From NCBI GenBank assembly GCA_964398785.1, contig CAYNNQ010000021.1:265-32264 (forward strand): a stretch of 32,000 nucleotides of DNA, written 5' to 3'. This DNA is from an uncultured Desulfovibrionales bacterium. GTDB lineage: Bacteria; Desulfobacterota; Desulfovibrionia; Desulfovibrionales; Desulfonatronovibrionaceae. Under the pieces are notes generated by a model. It was not told the DNA's origin and did no database searches. It worked only from the letters and a program-made list of their open reading frames with translations. Position 1 is the first letter of the stretch; each line of letters starts with the position of its first letter. Positions 25,538 to 32,000 of this stretch are shown piece after piece. The position numbers and the translations under genes are program-made.

Positions 25538-27210
25538 TCCTTGAACACGGCTCCTTTGGATGCCGATGTGGTCATCCGGCTATAGCGGCGTAAAAATGGT
25601 GAACTGTCTTCCTCCGGGGCCCATTTAAAATCTTTTTTTCTGCTCTCCAGTTCCTGTTCATCAACCAAAAGATCCAACTTCTTCTCCGGGATATCGATTT
25701 CAATCCTGTCCCCATCCCGGACCAGAGCTATGGGACCTAGTTCGGCCATTTCCGGAGACACATGGCCGATTGCCGCCCCCCTAGTACCGCCGCTGAACCT
25801 CCCGTCTGTTATCAGGGCCACTTCCCGGTCCAGGCCCATTCCGGCTATCGCCGAAGTCGGGGTTAGCATCTCCCGCATTCCCGGTCCGCCCTTGGGCCCC
25901 TCTCCACGAATAACCACTACTTCACCACCCTGTATATCACCGGCAAGAATAGTCTGCACAGCGCTCTCCTCGGAATCGAAAACACGGGCCGTACCGGTGC
26001 GCACCAGCATTTCTTCGGCTACCGCGGACTGCTTGACCACCCCACCCTCCGGGGCAAGGCTCCCTTTCAGTATAGCTATGCCTCCCCGGGGACTGAAAGG
26101 GTCATCCACCCTCCGGATCACTTCCCTGTCTGTCACCCGCGGAGTCAGCTTCCGCATATTTTCCTTTAATGTCTCCCCTGTGGCGGTCAATACATCCAAA
26201 TGGAGGATGTCCGCGGAAGCCAATTCACTCATCACCGCAGGGATACCCCCGGCCTGGTCCAGGTCCTCCAGATGGGATGGTCCCGCCGGAGACAGACGGC
26301 ACAAATTGGGGGTCTTGCGGCTTACCTTATCAAATATCTCCAGACCCAAATCCAGACCTGCCTCCCGAAATATCGCCGGCAGGTGCAAAACCGTGTTTGT
26401 GGAACATCCCAGGGCCATATCCACGGACACGGCATTGGCCACGCTTTTTTCCGTAACTATATCCGAAGGCAAAATGCCAGCCTGCAGTAGATCCATAATC
26501 TTCATCCCGGCTTTTTTGGCCAGACGCATCCTTGAGCTGGCTACAGCCGGAATCGTCCCGTTACCCGGCAGCGCCAGGCCAATGGCCTCGGAAAGACAAT
26601 TCATGGAATTGGCGGTAAACATCCCGGAACAGGACCCGCATGTAGGGCAGGCCTCTTCCTCCAGGCGGGCAAGCTCATCCTCGCTCATCTGCCCGCTTCT
26701 GACCTTGCCCACCCCCTCGAAAACGGAAATGAGGTCCGCGTTTTTCCCCTCGTGTCTTCCGGACAGCATCGGGCCACCACTAACCACAATAGCCGGGATG
26801 TTCAGGCGCATCGCGGCCATGAGCATGCCAGGAACAATCTTGTCGCAGTTGGGGATAAGCACCAGGGCGTCAAAGGGATGGGCCGAGGCCATGAGCTCCA
26901 CTGAATCGGCTATAAGCTCCCGGCTGGGCAGACTGAAGCGCATGCCCCGATGGTTCATGGCCAGCCCGTCACACACCCCAATGGTGGAAAACTCCAGCGG
27001 AGTCCCCCCGCCATGCCGCACTCCGGCCTTTACCGCGCGGGCCACTTCCTGGAGGTGGACATGGCCGGGGACGATTTCGTTTGCCGAGTTGACAATGCCG
27101 ATCAGGGGCTGTTCCAATTCCTCACGGGTGAGCCCGGTGGAATACATAAGGGCTCGGTGCGGGGCCTTCTCCATACCTCCAGTCATCTTTTTACTACGCA
27201 TATTAAACAT
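25534..27210 (-). CDS. ilvD: Dihydroxy-acid dehydratase
   Basis: 558 aa; [70 protein letters not shown]. Confidence 0.97.
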   Translation of the reverse strand: MFNMRSKKMTGGMEKAPHRALMYSTGLTREELEQPLIGIVNSANEIVPGHVHLQEVARAVKAGVRHGGGTPLEFSTIGVCDGLAMNHRGMRFSLPSRELIADSVELMASAHPFDALVLIPNCDKIVPGMLMAAMRLNIPAIVVSGGPMLSGRHEGKNADLISVFEGVGKVRSGQMSEDELARLEEEACPTCGSCSGMFTANSMNCLSEAIGLALPGNGTIPAVASSRMRLAKKAGMKIMDLLQAGILPSDIVTEKSVANAVSVDMALGCSTNTVLHLPAIFREAGLDLGLEIFDKVSRKTPNLCRLSPAGPSHLEDLDQAGGIPAVMSELASADILHLDVLTATGETLKENMRKLTPRVTDREVIRRVDDPFSPRGGIAILKGSLAPEGGVVKQSAVAEEMLVRTGTARVFDSEESAVQTILAGDIQGGEVVVIRGEGPKGGPGMREMLTPTSAIAGMGLDREVALITDGRFSGGTRGAAIGHVSPEMAELGPIALVRDGDRIEIDIPEKKLDLLVDEQELESRKKDFKWAPEEDSSPFLRRYSRMTTSASKGAVFKD

Positions 27211-27440
27211 CCTTGTTTTCTTTGCAAAACGTTTTTACTATAATTTGTTTGCCGTTCCGTACAAAGTATAAAGAAATCCGCATGCTTGGCCTGCAAGTAG
27301 GCACCGGCCTGAGATCCCCTGTTTACAGAATCGCTCCCAGGGTAATTATTGGAGTGCCTGCCTCTGGACCCAAAATTACAAAACTCAGTATATGTCCAGT
27401 GATTGTGCAAAGAGTTTTTATCCGGGTCAAGCCCGGACAT

Positions 27441-27472
27441 AAAAAAAAGCACCCAAGGGGGTGCTTTTTTTT
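27441..27472. terminator. Bidirectional rho-independent terminator downstream of lpxC
   Basis: AAAAAAAAGCACCC-AAG-GGGGTGCTTTTTTTT. Confidence 0.88.
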
Positions 27473-27495
27473 ATACTCTTTGGGAAAAGTTGGAG

Positions 27496-28416
27496 TTAGA
27501 CCAAGGCAGGCTCCATTTCCGGGACTTCCGAATGGCTGGGTTCCGGCCCTGAAGGAAACTCCTTCGCAGGCACCGGCTCTAGATAATCCTCCAGATGCTG
27601 GGTCAAATAGCGAAGAAAGGAATTGTTATGTGCGTGCCCCGAATAGCGGACATGAAAGTCCCCCTGCAAAGGCATGCCCATAACCGCAATGTCCCCCAAA
27701 AAATCAAGCACCTTATGCCGCACCATTTCCTCTTTGAAACGCAATCCCTCAGGATTAACCACTCCGTATTCGTCCAGCACCACCGCGTTTTCCAGGGAAC
27801 CTCCGCGAGCCAGCCCCATCTGTTGCATTTTTTCAACATCCTTTAAGAAGCCAAAGGTCCGGGCATTGGCAATCTCCCGGGTAAAGCTCCGGGGGTCCAC
27901 CTCCAGATCCAGTTCCTGGCAGCCCACCTGGGGATGGTCAAAATCTATTGTATATCGTACGCGCAGGCCGGCATAAGGCTCAGCCCGGATGGATTTTCCG
28001 TCTTGGGCAAATTCCAGCGGTTTTTTAAAACGCATTAGTTTCTTGCGTTTGTTCTGGGTCCGCAACCCGGCGCTGTGGAGCAAAAAAACAAAAGGCGAAG
28101 CACTGCCGTCCAGGATGGGGAGTTCCCTCCCGGTGACCTCTATATGCAAATTGTCTATGCCCATGGCGTAGACAGCCGCCAGTAAATGCTCAATAGTGGA
28201 GATACATGACTCCCCATCGGCAATGGTGGTAGCCAGGCCGGTGTCCCTGACTTTGTCCGGATGGACTTCAATAAGTGAGTTGCTTTCCCCGTTTTGGTGC
28301 ACAAACACCAATCCGGAATCTTCCGAACCGGGGTATAGAGTAAGATGGACTTTTTCTCCGGAATGCAACCCTATGCCGGAACAACTGATTGATTTTCTGA
28401 TGGTTTTTTGCAGCAT
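27496..28416 (-). CDS. lpxC: UDP-3-O-acyl-N-acetylglucosamine deacetylase
   Basis: 306 aa; SISCSGIGLHSGEKVHLTL, STIEHLLAAVYAMGIDN, EMVRHKVLDFLGDIA, YSGHAHNNSFLRYL. Confidence 0.97.
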   Translation of the reverse strand: MLQKTIRKSISCSGIGLHSGEKVHLTLYPGSEDSGLVFVHQNGESNSLIEVHPDKVRDTGLATTIADGESCISTIEHLLAAVYAMGIDNLHIEVTGRELPILDGSASPFVFLLHSAGLRTQNKRKKLMRFKKPLEFAQDGKSIRAEPYAGLRVRYTIDFDHPQVGCQELDLEVDPRSFTREIANARTFGFLKDVEKMQQMGLARGGSLENAVVLDEYGVVNPEGLRFKEEMVRHKVLDFLGDIAVMGMPLQGDFHVRYSGHAHNNSFLRYLTQHLEDYLEPVPAKEFPSGPEPSHSEVPEMEPALV

Positions 28417-28724
28417 TTTACCCTCCGAAAAGTCCTAAAGCAAAAAACATACCATCAAGCTGGGAGTACATAACGTACTGATTTTAATACAAAATTAAAC
28501 ATAAAGTCTATTTTTGTAACCGTTTCTTCAAAAAACTGTTGTATTTTGACCACAGGTTGGAGAAAAAGGCAGTTACCCATTGGATCCTAGACGTTTGATG
28601 TGGATTTTCTCCGCCTTATCTTTTTTGAGGCCAAACTACCGGCCCGGTGTTTTCTAAACCCCGCCAAAGGGCCAAGAAAACGCTCGGGCCTCTCGTTAAA
28701 AGCATCCAAAAAGATCAGGAGGGG

Positions 28725-28758
28725 AAAATAAAAAAATCCGACCCCCTGTCCAAGGGTC
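28725..28758 (-). terminator. Candidate rho-independent terminator downstream of prmC
   Basis: On the minus strand GACCC-TTGGACAGG-GGGTC followed by GGATTTTTTTATTTT. Confidence 0.6.
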
Positions 28759-28765
28759 TATCCAT

Positions 28766-29617
28766 TCACCGGCGGCGGGCATAAACATACCTGTCCCGGC
28801 CAGCGAGATCACGGAGCAAAGAGACCTCATCCCAGAAGCCAAACAGGGAAAGGACCTCCTCCCCCTGATTCGCCCCTATCTCCATGAGGATGATTCCTCC
28901 CTTTCGGAGTATGCGCTCCCCATCGCGGGCGAGAGCCGGGTAAAACTGTAGGCCCCCTTCTCCGGCCAGCAAAGCCTCTTTGGGTTCGAATCCGGACACT
29001 TCCCGGTCTAAAGAAGCGAATTCCGGCGTGGAAATATACGGGGGATTGCTCACCACCAGATCAAAACTGTTCCCGGCCAGCCCATTTCCCGTGGGGCATG
29101 CCACGAAACTCAACCGCTCGGCCACCCCATGTTTCCGGGCGTTTTCTCTGGCCACACGCAGCGCGGAAAGGCTTATATCCGTGCCTATACCCGAACAGCA
29201 CGGATACAAAAAGGCCAAAACCACCCCCAATGCGCCGCTACCCGTACCCAGGTCCGCAAAACGAAAACTTTCCCCGGAAGAGGGCAACATACGCCGGGTC
29301 GCATCTATTATCCCTTCAGTTTCCGGCCGCGGGATAAGGACATCCTCGTTGACCTGGAAATCAAGGCCGTAGAATTCCTTTTGACCGGTAATATACGCAA
29401 CCGGCAGACCATACTCCCGGTTTTTTATATATTCCCTGTAGAGTTCCCCCTCCCGGGGGGAGAGTTTTCTATGCGGATAAGTAATAAGGTCCAGGCGCTC
29501 GCAGTCGATTACATAGGCCAGGATTAGCTGGGCGGATAGGGAAGGGGAGTCCACCTGGGCACTATTCAGGATGCGGGTCGCCCAGCGCAAGGCGGTGGAT
29601 ACGGTGGGGTCAGAAAT
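28766..29617 (-). CDS. prmC: Peptide chain release factor N5-glutamine methyltransferase
   Basis: FADLGTGSGALGVVLAFL, DLVVSNPPYIS (NPPY motif). The supplied ORF starts at TTG 29590; similarity to PrmC N-termini extends upstream (ISDPTVSTALRWATRIL), so the start may be ATT 29617. The exact start is uncertain. Confidence 0.85.
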   Translation of the reverse strand: MSDPTVSTALRWATRILNSAQVDSPSLSAQLILAYVIDCERLDLITYPHRKLSPREGELYREYIKNREYGLPVAYITGQKEFYGLDFQVNEDVLIPRPETEGIIDATRRMLPSSGESFRFADLGTGSGALGVVLAFLYPCCSGIGTDISLSALRVARENARKHGVAERLSFVACPTGNGLAGNSFDLVVSNPPYISTPEFASLDREVSGFEPKEALLAGEGGLQFYPALARDGERILRKGGIILMEIGANQGEEVLSLFGFWDEVSLLRDLAGRDRYVYARRR

Positions 29618-30687
29618 TATTGCGCCAACTCCTCCTGCATGGCCTGAGCACGGAAATACTGGGCCAAAGGATCGATAATCTCCTCCAGATTCCCTTCCAT
29701 AATATCCGATAAATTATACAAAGTGAGATTAATGCGATGATCGGAAACGCGGCCCTGGGGGAAATTATAGGTCCTGACCCGCTCCGAGCGGTCACCGCTG
29801 CCCACCTGACTTTTTCGGTTGGCATCCTGTTCCCTTTTCTGCTCATCCTGCATTTGGTCCAAAAGGCGGGAACGTAATATCTTCATTGCCTTGGCCTTAT
29901 TTTTGTGCTGGGATTTTTCATCCTGACAGGAAACTACCATCCCGCTCGGTATATGGGTGAGGCGCACGGCCGAGTCAGTAGTGTTTACGCTCTGCCCTCC
30001 CGGCCCGGAAGCCCGAAAATAGTCGATGCGCAGATCCGAAGGGTCTATATTAACATCCACTTCCTCGGCCTCGGCTAGAATAGCTACAGTTACCGCAGAT
30101 GTGTGGATACGGCCCTGGGACTCGGTACTGGGTACTCGTTGAACCCGATGCACCCCGGATTCAAACTTGAGCCAGCTGTATACATGCTTCCCGGATATGG
30201 AGGCGATTATCTCCTTGAACCCGCCAGAATCGCTTTCCTGGACATTCAAGAGTTCCACCCTCCATCCCTTGCTCTCTGCATAACGGGAATACATCCGAAA
30301 CAGATCCGCAGCGAAAAGGGCGGCTTCCTCACCTCCGGTCCCGGCCCGGATCTCCAGCAAAATATCTTTTTCATCCATGGGATCCTTGGGGGTCAAGAGT
30401 TGTTTCAACCGCTCGGTCAGCTTTTCTTTTCTGTTTTCCAGCTCCTCAAGCTCCGCCTGAGCCAAATCCCGGATATCCTGTTCACTATCCCGCATAAGTT
30501 CTTTGTTATCCCCTATCTGGGCATCAATTTCCTTGTATTCGCGGAAGGCGGAAACGATTTCGGACAAATCGGCATGGGCCTTGGAAATACGCTTGTATTC
30601 CTCGGGATTGCTGTATATCTCCGGATTACTCAGTTCCTGTTCCAGATCCTCGAACTTCTGTTCCAGGGCCTCTAATTTTGCAAACAT
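29617..30687 (-). CDS. prfA: Peptide chain release factor 1
   Basis: 356 aa; GGQ motif RASGPGGQSVNTTDSAVRLTHIPSG. Confidence 0.98.
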   Translation of the reverse strand: MFAKLEALEQKFEDLEQELSNPEIYSNPEEYKRISKAHADLSEIVSAFREYKEIDAQIGDNKELMRDSEQDIRDLAQAELEELENRKEKLTERLKQLLTPKDPMDEKDILLEIRAGTGGEEAALFAADLFRMYSRYAESKGWRVELLNVQESDSGGFKEIIASISGKHVYSWLKFESGVHRVQRVPSTESQGRIHTSAVTVAILAEAEEVDVNIDPSDLRIDYFRASGPGGQSVNTTDSAVRLTHIPSGMVVSCQDEKSQHKNKAKAMKILRSRLLDQMQDEQKREQDANRKSQVGSGDRSERVRTYNFPQGRVSDHRINLTLYNLSDIMEGNLEEIIDPLAQYFRAQAMQEELAQ

Positions 30688-31601
30688 GAATCCTCTTTTT
30701 GTAGGGCACCATTAAGGGCGGCTACTGCCACCTCTATCTGACTGTCATCCGGTTCCTTGGTAGTAAGCCTCTGCAGTAAAAGTCCGGGCAGACTAAGCAG
30801 CCTGCACCACCATTTATTCCCGTGTTTTCCGGCCACCTTGATCACTTCATAAGCCGCGCCGCTTATGGGAACCATAAGCAAAAACTTGATAAAAAGCACA
30901 TAACCGTGCCGGAGGAAAAAACTCTGCGGTTCGAAAAAAAACAATAAGACAGGGACCAATACTGTAAAAAGCAAAATACTCACCGAAAGGACAAAAAGCA
31001 GAAAAGCGGTGCCGCAACGCGGGTGCAGACGACTGTACTTGCGGATATTGTCCGGGACAAGATCCTCGTTTTGTTCATAGGCATGAATCGCCTTGTGTTC
31101 GGCCCCGTGATACTGAAAGACCCTTTTTATGTCCGGCAATAGCGAAATACAGTAGATGTATCCCAGAAAAAGGGCAAACTTGAAAAGCCCGTCCCAGACA
31201 TGAAAGGACAGTTCCCGCACGTCTCCTCCCAATTCCGCGAGATGCATGCCTTCGGACAGAAAATGGGGCAAAACGACGAACAAGAGCAAGGCTAGCCCCA
31301 CTGAAGCGGCAATAGTCAAAAACATGGCCCAAGGCTTGATCTCTTCCCCGGCTTCTTCCGCGTACGCCTTTTGCGCCGAAAAATTCAGGGCCTTGATCCC
31401 GTTGACAAGAGTCTCCAAAAGGACAAAGAAACCGCGTATAAACGGCTTTTTAGTCCATTTGTAGCGCAGAAAGGTGATCCACTTCCGGCACTCCACAAAT
31501 ATATTCCCGGAAGGCTCACGAACTGCAATGGACAAGCGGTCCAGAGAGCGCATCATTACTCCTTCCATTACCGCCTGTCCGCCAACAGAGATATTCGGCA
31601 T
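30672..31601 (-). CDS. DUF1385 family membrane protein
   Basis: 309 aa; VGGQAVMEGVMMRS and FQYHGAEHKAIHAYE; usual neighbour of prfA/rpmE. Confidence 0.93.
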   Translation of the reverse strand: MPNISVGGQAVMEGVMMRSLDRLSIAVREPSGNIFVECRKWITFLRYKWTKKPFIRGFFVLLETLVNGIKALNFSAQKAYAEEAGEEIKPWAMFLTIAASVGLALLLFVVLPHFLSEGMHLAELGGDVRELSFHVWDGLFKFALFLGYIYCISLLPDIKRVFQYHGAEHKAIHAYEQNEDLVPDNIRKYSRLHPRCGTAFLLFVLSVSILLFTVLVPVLLFFFEPQSFFLRHGYVLFIKFLLMVPISGAAYEVIKVAGKHGNKWWCRLLSLPGLLLQRLTTKEPDDSQIEVAVAALNGALQKEDSCLQN

Positions 31602-31675
31602 AGCTTACCCTTCCCCTGTCCGGGCCTCAGTGTGCAAAACAGCCCAGCTCAATAAACGGAGTGCAAAAAAGGGCA

Positions 31676-31885
31676 TTACTTCCGGTATTCTCCGTATTTC
31701 TTCTTGAAGCGGTCGATCCGGCCTGCGGAGTCCACGAATCTCTGTTGCCCGGTATAAAAGGGATGACAATTGGAACATATTTCCACATTGATCTCCTCGC
31801 CAACCGTGCTTTTTGTCTCGAATTGATTGCCGCAGTAACATTTGACCACGGAATCGTATAATTTGGGATGGACCTCTTTTTTCAT
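31676..31885 (-). CDS. rpmE: 50S ribosomal protein L31 (cysteine-containing form)
   Basis: 69 aa; [27 protein letters not shown]...[25 protein letters not shown]. Confidence 0.97.
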   Translation of the reverse strand: MKKEVHPKLYDSVVKCYCGNQFETKSTVGEEINVEICSNCHPFYTGQQRFVDSAGRIDRFKKKYGEYRK

Positions 31886-32000
31886 TACCAGTTACCTCCA
31901 TATAAATCTGTAAAACGAGTGATCCTTAATAAAGATTCCAGCAGTTGGCAAGGAAAACTCTGAAGGGCAAATCAGGGGCCATGCCCTAATCCCTCTGGGG

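Noticed and set aside
25730-27271. 513-aa plus-strand ORF opposite ilvD
   Set aside because: Fully antisense to a clear ilvD with strong motifs; low-complexity Ser/Arg-rich translation typical of shadow ORFs in GC-rich DNA.
1-32000. CRISPR arrays, tRNAs, rRNAs, transposases or prophage genes
   Set aside because: No regularly spaced direct repeats, rRNA/tRNA-like sequences, or transposase/integrase/phage structural motifs were recognised in the sequence or ORFs.

Overview
GC-rich window, probably from a deltaproteobacterium/Desulfobacterota; this is inferred from gene content and the rpmE-DUF1385-prfA-prmC-lpxC order. The right part (about 15.4-32 kb) is mostly housekeeping: RRM protein, MFS transporter, AddA/AddB-like helicase-nuclease pair, MscS channel, methyltransferase, ilvD, lpxC, prmC, prfA, DUF1385, rpmE. 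The left part (about 0.7-15.3 kb) is an unusual lipid/polyketide-like biosynthetic locus. It has three complete ketosynthases and one short chain-length-factor-like ketosynthase. It also has a small AMP-dependent acyl ligase, two acyl carrier proteins, a ketoreductase, a CrtI/retinol-saturase-like FAD oxidoreductase and a PlsC-type acyltransferase. Two tandem cobalamin-binding radical SAM proteins follow, the second apparently fused to a C-terminal LpxL/HtrB-like acyltransferase, plus three small putative lipoproteins. The content mixes features of aryl-polyene/flexirubin-type and proposed anammox ladderane-type clusters but matches neither completely: no dehydratase, thioesterase or MMPL exporter is visible. 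It is the best candidate here for an undescribed acyl-lipid pathway. Smaller items include a toxin-antitoxin pair cut by the left edge, a possible non-AUG start for prmC in a TAATT overlap, a degenerate GATCCCGATAGCGAT-type intergenic repeat, and several hairpins/terminators. All family assignments come from recognising motifs in the translations; no database search was run.
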